DNA of 63,051 bases, the filler included, from Chiloscyllium plagiosum (Eukaryota): assembly GCF_004010195.1 (NCBI RefSeq). It is 4 parts of one record of this genome, joined end to end, with 100 filler letters (N's around TTAATTAATTAA, not from the genome) between each part and the next. Parts side by side here need not be neighbours in the genome. Positions count along the whole stretch, not along the records: positions 29,983 to 49,967 come from NC_057714.1; 3 more parts are not named here. One strand, written 5' to 3'. The notes under the pieces were generated by a model. That model ran no database searches. It was not told the DNA's origin and saw only the letters and a list, made by a program, of their open reading frames with translations. Position numbers and translations under genes: made by a program. Positions 38,324 to 49,516 of this stretch are shown one piece after another (the first letter of the stretch is position 1; every line of letters begins with the position of its first letter).

Positions 38324-38482
38324 TTGATACCTGGTTGAGCAAATTGTCTTATGAGGATATGTTGCACAGGCTGGGCTTGTTTCTACAGGAGTTGAGAAGA
38401 ATGTGGGGTTGCTGTTGTACAACTATAAAAGATCCAAAATGGTCTTGACAAGGACATAGAAAGATTGTTTCTTCTTGTAGAT

Positions 38483-38626
38483 ACAAAAAAAATTGAAGAT
38501 GCTGGAATCCAAGGTAGACAAGCTGGAAGAACACAGCCAGGCACCATCAGGAGACACCCCCACCCCCCCCGCCCACCCCAATCATTGACTTCTACACCTC
38601 CTAAAACAACTGTTTGGCTTGCTGTA
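38483..38626. mobile_element. Decayed inverted PLE pseudo-LTR mini-element with 14-bp TSD
   Basis: TSD TTCTTCTTGTA(G/A)AT at 38469-38482 and 38627-38640; arms resemble the tail at 46800-46870. Confidence 0.7.
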
Positions 38627-39959
38627 TTCTTCTTGTAAATTTGTCCATAACTGAAGGCATTGTTTTAGAATTAGGGGTTGCCCTTTCAGGACAGTGATGA
38701 AAAGGATTGTTTTCTGTCAGAGGATCCCATGACTTTGGAAGTCTCCGCTTAAGAAGATGGTTGACGGAGAGTCATTTATTAGTTTTAAGACAGAGGAGGA
38801 GAGAGTCATGACTGATAGGCGAATTGGGGTTATCAGCAGTGAGTGGCAATGTGGAATTTTAAATAAAAATAAATCTACCATAATCTTATTGAAAGGCAGA
38901 ACAGGCTTATAGGGCTGAATTGCCTAATCTTGATCCTCATGTGTATATTCATATGTCTTAGAAGGAGTTCAGAGAAGGTTTACCTGTTTAATATCCGGAA
39001 TGGTCAGGCAGTCTCACGAGCAAGAGTTTGAGAAGAGTGAGAGGTGACACGTTGAAACATGCACGACCCTGAAGGGTCTTGTCAGGATGCATTTGGAAAG
39101 GGTGGTTCCTCTTGAAGGAAATTCTAGAATGGGGGAGGGGGGGGCGGAATCACTATTGAAAAATAAAGCATCACCCAATTAAGATGGATGAAAAATGACC
39201 TGACAGAGGTCATGTGGCTTTGGAAATCGTCCTTGAAATGTCAAAGTGGTGTATTTGAATTTTTTTTATGGCAGAGGTGGGATAGATTGCTAAACAAGAG
39301 TGATGAAAAGTGATCTGTGCTAGGTGAAGACGCGGAGCATTTTGATTAACCAAAATTTGATTCAATGACAGAACACAGTTGAGATTTCAAATACCCTGTC
39401 ACAATCCTTTGCTTTCTTCAATGTCTTTTTTATCTTTAACTATTCATAGATTTTTCTTCCTCTATAATTTTTTCCTTCATTATGCTCTATTCAATATGTT
39501 CTCTTTTGAAAATGGCTATACTCAGCAAAGAATATAGATAGATTGTCCCAAACAGTCATGTGTTATAACAAATCATTGCAATGCATTGTGTAAAAAGGAG
39601 AGAACACTTAAACATTGTTAATGATGCCATTGATTCTTGTGTGAATTTGTGGTGTTAGCTACCTTTTGTTCAATGTCATTTGGTTTGGCTGTAAATTGTT
39701 GTAAAGGTTATTGATCTGGTTTACAAACAAATGGCTCCTGCTGAGGATTATTTTAATTAAAAGTATCCAAATGCTATCAGATAAGGAGTCAAGCCATGGA
39801 GAAAGAAGTAAAATACTTGAGTTTTTGATATCCATGGTAGACAATCCCAGTGATTACATTAGGTTCACTCCTGTTGATACCCCAAAGTATTACAGTTTTC
39901 TTTAATCCTTGATTTCTTTTCTAATATTCTCTTCCAATTCGCAAAGTGTTACAGCATTT

Positions 39960-41000
39960 TATTTTTTCATTGAGAGTACCACAGACTCAGTTTTAATTCG
40001 AATGCATTCACAGCAGTGATCATATGTGCTTGGTCTCTGTCCTTTCCCTGCAGTTCACAGTTCACCTCATTCAGGTTTGACGTTCTGTCTCTCACGATCC
40101 CAAATCCGAATTGACATGCATTGTCTGACAACTCACTGCACCCTTCATTGCTTGATTTAAGAAAAGTGACAATTTCAGGCATTATGTCTAAAAATATTTG
40201 TGGGACTTTTCTTCAACGTAACCACCTCACATCATCATGGAGGATTAGTTCACCAACAGCATCAAGTCCGTGAAATAAGGATTTAAACAAGAGGTGCTGA
40301 AGGGCTTTTGGTCAGATTGAGTTTGCAGTCTTAACAATAACTTTGCATACATGAGTAAAGTCCATAACTTTACTTCCCAATGCTTACTGGTGGATTATAC
40401 AGTGGTAGTTGAGAAAAGAAGGGAAATCAAAATTATTTTTGCAAAATACAATAAAACTTGCATTTGCGTAAAGTGTAACTAGTGCACCATCAGGTGTGCT
40501 GGAAACCAATCTCTTTACTGGAATATTTTTCCAAGCACGCAAATTTTGAATTTGCTGTGGGTGTACTTGACCTTTGTCTTCTCTCTTATGGGGCAAAAAG
40601 ATGAAATGATCCTCTTTCCTTAAATGTCATGTGCACAAAACAATGAACCGGATTGTATCAGTGAAGTCGATGGATCCATCGAACTGCAGTGAGAAGCATT
40701 CACGGTCCTTCAGGTCCTCTTTAGTTGCTGAAAGATGTCTTTGGACAAAGATTCTACTCATCTTGCTACTGGAGAAGTACCAAGTGATGTGCTTTGGATT
40801 GCTAGAGCATGTTGGTCAAGGGAACACTATCCTTGAATTCACTATGCAACCTTGTGTGGTGTAATTCCAAATTCCCTTTCTTGCCTATCAATGTACAATG
40901 ACATCCAAGGTAATATGCTACAGTTGTGAAAAGAAATTCCTTTCCCATTCTGTATCAACGTTGTACATTTTTGGTTTCTTTTCAGATGTTCCAGGTTCAC
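39960..41000 (-). pseudogene. hAT (Charlie/GTF2IRD2-like) DNA transposase relic
   Basis: CFSLQFDGSIDFTDTIRFIVFV, RLVSSTPDGA, FLNYHCIIHQ, LHDDVRWL, NLNEVNCELQGK..AVNAFELKLSLW, in the correct order, with stops and frameshifts. Confidence 0.85.
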
Positions 41001-41299
41001 CACTCACCATTATTGATTCAGCTTGTAGTTAGTGTTGTAACTCTGCTGCTGGTCCTACTGCGAGTTGGTCTCTGGATTGGCACCCCTGGAATGTCCACAA
41101 TGTTGCTGGCTATTTTCATGTGTGAAGCCACAGGAGGCCATTTCTGTGAATGTGATTTACTGCTGGGGGCCTTGGTCGGCTTGTGTTGTTTGGATATTGG
41201 ATGTGGGGTGTGGCAGCATTCTCCTGCTGCATGCACCTATTAGATAAGCAACTAAAAAGAAAACTTCAGGCCTATAGAGAACCAGGCAAAGGAGCAGAA

Positions 41300-41790
41300 C
41301 TGAACAAGGTTAATGCAGAAAGGATCTTCGAGGAGAAAGTGAGGTCTGCAGATGCTGGAGATCAAAGTTGAAACTTTATTGCTGGAACAGCACAGCAGGT
41401 CAGGCAGCATCCAGGGAACAGGAGATTCGACGTTTCGGGCACAGGAATGAGCAGAGAGTGTTCAGCAGGAGAAGATAAAAGGTAGGGAGGAAAGGATCTT
41501 CCCAATGAGCAGGAATGCAGAACCAGAGGCCACAGTCTTGAGGATATGATGTCAGCTGAGATGAGGAGAAATTTCTTCTGCAGAGAGTGGAATTCTTTGC
41601 CACAGAAAGTAGTTGGGACCAAAACATTACAGGTTTTTCAGGAAGGAATTAGATATTGTTCTTTTGGCCTAAATACATCAAAGGACATGGGGACAAAGCA
41701 GGAACTGTGTACTGAGTTGAAATAATCAGCCAGGATTACATTCAACATTGAAGTAGGCTCAAAGGGCCGAATGGCCTAATCCTATTTCTG
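41300..41790 (+). mobile_element. CR1 3' end interrupted by a PLE mini-insertion
   Basis: RGHSL, EMRRNFF and WNSLPQK remnants; tail gggccgaatggcctaatcct. Confidence 0.8.
41330..41489 (-). mobile_element. PLE pseudo-LTR mini-insertion (family A, HHR partly deleted) with 12-bp TSD
   Basis: Perfect TSD GAAAGGATCTTC at 41318-41329 and 41490-41501. Confidence 0.85.
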
Positions 41791-43171
41791 TTTTTTTTAA
41801 ATGTTTCTGTGAGTAGCTAAGCTGCTCTTATAGAAAGAGTTCATATGAACATGGTGCACTGAATAATTTTCTATGTTCATGAGATACTGGTTTCACACAT
41901 CAGTTCATAGTATATTTCCTATTCATTTGTTAGCATTGCCAGCACAAAAAATGTCTTTATCCTGCAATGACAGTCTATCTGGACCAAACTGAAACATGAT
42001 TCAAGCTGACTGAGTTTGTAAAGTGCATGCACCTTTCTGTAGCTGCACAGCTTCTGGAAGCAGAGGTCATGATGGTCACTGTGCGTGCGCGCGCGCATGC
42101 CAAGGTAATATGGGCAGGCAGTAGGATCAGCTGTCGGAAACTCTGCAACCAACTAGCCGATCACAATCTATATGTTGGAGACCACGGCCCTGGATCTTAT
42201 GAAGTCCTCAAACCTGATGTAGCAAAATTGAAGTGGAACAGAAGCTAACTCAGGTGACCGTATGATACTCCAAGTGTGCATAGAGCAGATACATAGATGT
42301 GTTTGGATAATGAAAGTGTGAGAAACCATCACGACAACAATGAACATTTTAACAACACACAAAAATAAATAGTACATAAAAGTCAAGAAACAAAACAAGT
42401 GTAAAGTTTAGATATCCAGATGGTTACATAGTCCTGAGATCTGGAATGATTGTCAAACTACCTAGGATTTTTAGACTCTTAAACTTATAAATTTTTGAAT
42501 TCTTGTTTCTGTGTAATATATATGCACATATACACATGTAATTATTTCTTGGGGAAAAAAAGTGTTACTGCTTTAAGAGTACATTAAGCTATTAAAGTAA
42601 GATTCAGGATAATACCACATGACTAGCAGCCATAAGGAGTCCAGGCAGCAGCATACTAGAGTAAGGATGATACATAAGCTGCTCTGCAAATACAAATTAT
42701 TACAGTTTGTCCATTAGGTCAAGCAGTTTAGATTTTCAAGTCAGTTGAGCCTATGCTACTCACCATGGAAATGGTAATTCTACATTAAGGAAAACATGAG
42801 AATATGCCAACTCCTTAGCATTAGGGAAAGCACTTAAACACCTTTACTTACAGCTGTGCATAGTAGATTTTCAAATAAAACTCTGTAGTGTAGTGCATAA
42901 GGCCTTTCTGTTCACACACTCATCTTAAACTGGTGTCTTCTCTCTCACTAATGTCAGAGTAATGTGATCAGTTACATCATCATAACTTACATACAATTTT
43001 ATGATACCACATATTCTACCAAATTGTACTCACAAGTTTAGCTAATCACACTTTGATTTTCTGACCATTTTATGTTATCAGTTTTAAGTAGTATAGAACA
43101 TTTTAAAACATTCAGGTGTTCAGGAGCACATTGCATCTTAATACCGCTTTGAAACAAGGTGGTATAAGCTA

Positions 43172-43511
43172 AGAGAAAGTGAAGACTACAGATGCTGGAG
43201 ATCGGAGTCGAGAGTGTGGTGCTGGAAAAGTACAGCAGGACAGGCAGCATCCGCAGAGCAGGAAAATCAACGTTCCTGGCATAAGCCCTTCATCAGGAAT
43301 GAGGCTCGTAGGCCAGGGGGCTGAAAGATAAAATGGGTGATGGGGGTTCAGGCTAGGGGAAGGTAGCTGGGAATGTGATAGGTAGATGAAGGTGGGGAGG
43401 GGATGTTTATAGGTCAGACAGGACGGTAGAGCGGATAGATGGGAAAGATGATAGACAGGTCAAGAGGGCGGTGCTAAGTTGGAGGCTTGGGGCTGGGATA
43501 AAGTGGGGGAA
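43172..43511 (-). mobile_element. PLE pseudo-LTR (family A) with decayed HHR
   Basis: Tail homologous to 57884-58270; HHR remnant at 43267-43298. Confidence 0.8.
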
Positions 43512-44393
43512 GCACGGCTTACAAATTTGTCATGTACAAGTTGTGTCTTCATTTCATTAAATGTTAGTGCTCAAAATTGAAGGTACAGGACACAGCACTG
43601 GAACAGTTCAAGCCTGCATTTATGTAACTTTATGTCCATCTGTAAAACTGAAATGAAATCACATCCTTAGATGATAGGTTCAACTTTGAGCACAGATCTT
43701 ACAATGACAGAAATTTCGAAGTCCTTGCCGCTCTTGTGTGAAGATATGCTCATGTGGAACAGATTTTTATGTTAATTAAAAATAATGATGTAAATGTCTT
43801 GGAGGAATGACTAGTTTTTGAGCATTAGGGAATCAAATTAGTATACACTGTCAAAGTGACATGATCACTGAAGCTCCGAGGATTAATGATTATATATCTA
43901 TTGATTTTAATTCGGCTCCTTTTATTAGGCTCACCAGCCTACAAGAAAAATGGGCTAGGATTAATTACTTCATAGTGGAATTATGATCTTGGCTAGGAGT
44001 TACTTAAATGACTTAAGTAAGAAAAGTGGATCATCCTCAGCATTTCTTAAAGATGTGCAACAGTCCAATCTGACAAACAGCTCTTGTCTCACTTTAGAGG
44101 CGTGATATTATATACCACAAACAGAACTAATACTTTTTCTGATGTTTGATTATTAACCTTTAACATCAATTCTGCCCTCTTTTCACATTTGCTGTTCGAA
44201 TGCTGAAAAATTATAACACTTTTGTTACAAATTTCTAGCATCTACAGTAATTTTCACTTTTGCTTAATTCACTGCTACTTCTCTTGGTGGGAATTCCTTG
44301 AAGACAATCACTTCTTTTGTATGATGGCATTTCTATTTATCTGTTCTATTTTCTTCAACTTTAATGAGTTCATTTTCCCTTCCCATGATAAAT

Positions 44394-44497
44394 AGTTCTA
44401 ATGAAACTTCACAGGCTTGAAATGTTAACTCTGTTTATCTCTTCACAAACCTGCCATGCCTACTGAGTATTTCCAGTACTTCTGTTTTTATTTCAGA
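44394..44497 (+). mobile_element. Old PLE pseudo-LTR fragment (family D-like)
   Basis: AGTT-CTAATGA...GAAATGTT-AACT, then ctgagtatttccag..ttctgtttttatttcaga. Confidence 0.6.
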
Positions 44498-45799
44498 GTT
44501 AATTTACCTTTTTATATGGTAGAATATAGTATATCTGTATCGGCTGCTAGACATCAGGATGCAATGTTTGTTTTGCAATGAACTATGGGAAGAATTTTAT
44601 ACCCTCATGCCAACCAGACATGTTTTTGGCACAGAGTCACATTAACTAGGTTGGGAAGCCAACCCACTGAGTTCCTGCCCACATTTGAGCTGTGCCTCAA
44701 AACAAAGTGGCCAGATAAGGCATCAGCCTACCTCAGATTTATTGAAGCCCTTCACAGACCTGTTAAAAACACCATTCTGCTTCTGTAACCATAATATGGT
44801 GGGTGGAGCAAGTGGTAAGCCTGCTTTTTCACATCTCAGATGAAAAGGTGAGAAGGATGTGAGGTACCTCTTCTGGAAGCTCCACTCTGCACATCAGGGG
44901 CATGCTCCACAAAGATATTCTTCCCTGTTTACCTCCCTGCCAGGGCCCCAAATCACTTCCTCCCATCTCCTCTGACCCCCTCCCTAAGGTCAATAAATCC
45001 TACCCTGCCCAAAATGACTTTGATTTATCATAGTCTGGCATTCAAGATTCTTATTCTTCGGCAACTTGTTGTCGTCCCAATAACTGTCAATACTTGTTTC
45101 TGGGACGACTCAATTGTGGACCAATCTGATTGGCTGGCAACACTTGAAGGTGGAGCCTAGCTGGCTGAATTTTACCAGAATTAGGCTAAGTGTGATTTTG
45201 GTAAATTTCATGAAGAATTTCTCTCCATGTTTCTTACAATACTAACCCCATTGGCTTTGCAACATGCCTTGATGGTGCCTCACTCATCCTACCTACCCTC
45301 TTGCCAGAGGCATAAGTACTCGCTGCTGGCAGGGACATCCCAGGATTTCTGGTGCTGCAACATTTTTAAAGGACAGCCAAGCTCCCAGTCAAGTACTGCT
45401 AACCACGAGTTGCGGTTCATTATGCAACAGTAGTTGGAGGAAAACCAACATAAACCCTTCTCAATACAGTAATGTGGCATGGCTGACACTTCATTGCAAA
45501 TAGAAGTGGACCTTTGTAAATGTCTTGCTATTTAAGAACCAAATTCACAGGTTACTCATGCTTAGTGTCACCCCATCGTGTAAGCCTATGTAAGGCTGTG
45601 CACAATTTTCCCCACTGCTCAATGTAGCCTCACATCTTCCCATTGTTCAATGTGGGAGCATCTCCTGCTGGAACATTCACTTTTATTCAGCAGCAGCAAA
45701 AGCAAAGACAAAACAAACAAATAGAAGCTGCATTTGCTTCTGGCGATGGACAGGGGTTATTTGCCATTTCAGCAGCAAAATGTTTGCAGGTCATGTCTA

Positions 45800-47050
45800 T
45801 GGAAGTAAGGTCTCAATTAAGTCCTGTCTGTCTTGTTGCACCTGACACTGCTGTGCTCGATCTGGCTGAAGGTGATGTTCTGAATGCTTAATGTCCTCGT
45901 CTTACTTTTCGGAAAACTGCAGTAGCAATCCAAGCTCTTCTGCATCCACCCCACCCCATCCCCTCTTTATCTGCTCCAGTTGTGGGGATCACAGCATTCA
46001 AGATTATGTAGCATGTTCCATTCTGAACTGTACTGCAAGCACCGCCCCAGATTGTTCCAAGCATCAGAGCATCATTTTCAGTAACTTTGTTGTCTGCTGC
46101 ACCATGGCCCTGGTGGCAGAACGGGCTGCATTTTATCTACACTCGCTCTCCCTCATTCAGGGGATTATGTGACCCAAAAGGAAAATCCAGTAAAGCTTGC
46201 AAATGACACTCACTGATCCAACTTGTCATCTGTACCTCAGAACAGGGCTCTCTTACAACCAGTACATCTATTTGGAGTCATTAGCCAGTTGATAGTCCTT
46301 TTCACATCATAACCATCCTTGTATAACATCCTGCCTTCGAGCACCAAATGTAAGCTTTGGGAGTGGTTTGGTGAGCATCGCAGCCGGACCCACAGGGGCC
46401 AACCAGATCACCCAGTCATTGCCCATTTTAATTCCTCTTCCCACTCCCTTTCCAATATGACCATTCTTGGCCTCCTCCATGCCACAATGAACCAAACCAC
46501 AACTTTGAGGAGCAACACCTCATCTTCCACCTGGGCAGCCTCCAGCCTGGAGGACTCAACATTGAGTTCTTCAATTTCAAATAACATTTCTTCCCATCCC
46601 CTGAGTCCCTTCCCAGCCTCTACCCCTCTCTTCCACTCTTCCTAGCCACATACTGGATTCGTTCCTCCCACTGACCTACCAGGCTGTACCCTCTATCTGT
46701 CTTCTCCTATCCCATATTCACCAACCTGCCCTTGCCACCCCTTTTATCAGCAGCTCCCCATACATCCACTCTCAGCCCTGAAGAAGGTTTACACCCAAAA
46801 CGTCGACTTCTCCGCCTCTTCATGTGCCTGGCTTGCTGTGTTCTTCCAGTCTCCTGCCTGTCTACTTTGACTTAGAGTGGGACATGGAGGACTCTGACAT
46901 AGAGAGTGATGGAAGTCTTTATGTGAACCTTTGACTTGGACCTTTTCCAATGAATGCAGCACAAGCTCTGCCATGTAAATGCAGTAGAGATTATAGATCC
47001 TATATAAATACTGATATATTTCCTCCCCCAACATTGTCTCAGAAAGGCAA
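45800..47050 (-). pseudogene. PIF/Harbinger (HARBI1-like) transposase relic split by a PLE insertion
   Basis: In order: YCIYMA (cf. DCTHVA), HKDFHHSL (cf. RKGFHSL), then after the PLE QGWL*CEKDY (cf. GWLLGDKGY), WLMTP, SATRAMVQQTTKLLKMML*CLEQSG (cf. HATRxxIEQTIGLLKMRFRCLDRSG) and an acidic tail. Confidence 0.65.
46322..46870 (+). mobile_element. PLE GIY-YIG C-terminus plus pseudo-LTR with decayed HHR
   Basis: WFGEHRS..HPVIAHFNSSSHS..ILGLLH; HHR remnant CTGAAGA-AGGTTTACACCC-AAAACGTC-GAC at 46778-46808. Confidence 0.85.
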
Positions 47051-48000
47051 CATTGCAGAAAGAGTGTGTTGGTAAGTATTTGCAACTCCAGATGAGAAGA
47101 AAATAATTCCATGCTCTTGTGCAGGTACTTGGGCAACTGAATTGATTCTCAAGCCTCACTACAACTGGGGTTGCCAGGAAAAATAATAATATAATCAGAG
47201 CCTGCAAAGTCCCGGATTTACGTCACTTTTAGAATCAAGCAAACAGGACATACTGTATTGAACAAGAACTATTGTTTATGCCACTTTTGTCACATTTAAC
47301 GCCAACCTTTTTCTCATTCCAGGAGAAAGGCAGAATAAAATAATCAAGGGAGGTAGTGAACTTCCTATCATTTCACTCCACGCCTGTTTTGAAGAGAGCG
47401 TCCTGACTCTGGCCTAAGTGGCAGACTGACCGTGTCCAAGCTCCTGCGCTGGTATTGGAAGTTGTCCTTGACTTACTGTATCAGGAAACTCTGGAGAGAA
47501 GCTATTCCCCTTTACTGAGGCTTGTTGAGCATCATGATAAGCTTCCTGGTTTTGTGTCTGTACGAAGTGGCAAGGCAAACAGCAGTAATATGAGCCTGAT
47601 ATCTCTGACTGAGAGGACAGTGCTCACAAAAGCAAGGCCATGCAAGCAAGGCAGGTGTAGTGTGAGCATTTCGGTGGGCTTAGGGTGAGTGATCCCTAAG
47701 AGAACAAACAAACAGCCTGGAGATGCAGCCTGATCCAGTCCTCGAGCTGCGTAGTCTCCTTACTGCAACACTAGAGTTGTGAAGCAGCTCCCAAGGTGCA
47801 GCACTGAAGAGCAGAAATACCCTGTAAGTAGATCAGACACATGTCTTACAGTTCTTAGAAGCTGTGACGTCAGGTGCCGGGGTCTGTAGATGGGGAGTGC
47901 ACATGGATGGTATCCATCAGCATTCCCTGGGATGTTGGTGTCTGGTGTCCAACATTGGAGCAAGCGGAGAACTGAATTTGCCAGCCAGATACACATTCTA

Positions 48001-48461
48001 TTTATTTTTTTAGAATAACTGACACTCTGTTTCTTTTAAAAAAAATCAACCCCCACACAACTGCCTAACTGCGGTGGTGCTTATTTTTTCCCCAGCACCC
48101 ATGTTGTGTGCGTGCAGGTGTGAGACACAGTGAGAGACACAAGGTGCATGAATCTTTATTCAATTTCCATCACCAGGAAGAAAGGAAACACTCGAGTGGC
48201 CAGTGTCAAGCAGTGCCCTTCACATCAAAGGCAATGCTGTGATCAAACAGTGAAAGGGGAGGGTAGGGATTAAATCAAAATAGAGTTGGAGGGAGAAATA
48301 ATCCACTCCACTCCCTGCGGCGCTCTCCTCTCCCTGAACAACTCCAGGGTGTTGGTGGAGACTGCGTACTCCTTCTCCAACGACACCCGGGCTCTAACGT
48401 AACCGCGGAAAAGGGGCAGGCAGTCGGCCCTAATGACCCCCTCCACGGCCCACTGCCTAAG
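48001..48461 (-). mobile_element. 5'-truncated Tx1/L1-clade LINE 3' end with 14-bp TSD
   Basis: Perfect TSD AGATACACATTCTA at 47987-48000 and 48462-48475; open frame 48458-48270 RQWAVEGVIRADCLPLFRGYVRARVSLEKEYAVSTNTLELFRERRAPQGVEWIISPSNSILI*; A-rich tail. Confidence 0.8.
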
Positions 48462-49249
48462 AGATACACATTCTACTCTCCTTGTTAAGTTTGCTCTCTA
48501 TCAACTTGTTTTGTGAGTTTGGTGTTATGAGTGGTTGAATGTTAATAAGCCAAATTATGTCATCAACAAGAGATTTAACAAGCTTTAACATGTCATTTGG
48601 TACTGCACCACTGTTTGGCGGGAACTTTGCCCTCCCACTTGTGAAAGGCATAAACAAAAGGATTTGATCTTGATTATGAGATGGGCTTCACTGCACTTAT
48701 CATCTGATTTTGCCACACATCTCGCCATATTGTTCAGATTACCTACAACATTCCACAGATTGGTTTCATGGGTGCAGTTCCCTCTTGAAAAGCTTCACGT
48801 TATTTACATGTGGAGTCCAGATACAGAAAAGCACTAATTCTGCCCATTCTGGGTGTGATCTCAGTCATTTTCAATTTCCAGTAATAATTAGGAGGCAATG
48901 TATCTCACACTTGGCATACTGAGTCACAGGCTTAGCCTCGTAACCAAGGACCCCATCCCCAAACCCCCATGTTGCTGTCATGCTAATCATTATGTTGCAT
49001 TATCCCCCAGTTGAGGTGGGGTGGGTGTGATCATTCAAAATTTTGTTGGAGAATTGGACTTTTTTTCTCAATGTCGAGGATCTCATTTCTGCCAATCCTG
49101 TCCTAGTTTCCTGACTGCCTCATCAATGACCACTTCATTCAGAGGCTGGGAACATTCCACCCAGCATTTGAGGGACAGAGGTCCATTCTAATCTTAATAA
49201 GCACTCATCCGTCCCCTCCCCAACCCATCTTTGTATTACCAAGTAAGTT

Positions 49250-49342
49250 GCTGAAAATGTGTTGCTGGAAAAGTGCAGCAGGGCAGGCAGCATCCAGGGA
49301 ACAGGAGAATCGACGTTTCGGGCATAAGCCGTTCTTCAGGAA
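49250..49342 (-). mobile_element. About 90-bp PLE pseudo-LTR fragment (family A HHR plus tail)
   Basis: Minus strand CTGAAGA-ACGGCTTATGCCC-GAAACGTC-GA; short AAGTTG flanking repeat. Confidence 0.78.
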
Positions 49343-49516
49343 GTTGTCTGACATTTTTCATGGGGATGTTGCAACAAGCAAATACAAACCTCCCTACATC
49401 ATTCAGACAAACATTATGTGGGGGATAGGAGTGGAAGATGGATTGAGTGGTGACAAATTGACAGAAATATATCAGTTTGATGCTAAATGTACATTTCGAC
49501 GTATAATTTGAATGAT

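Larger units (their letters stand above)
37720..39400 (+). mobile_element. Old CR1 3'-half fragments (at least two copies)
   Basis: NWQMEYNVEK, QRDFGV and LGRPHLE remnants, plus 3' tails. Confidence 0.75.
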
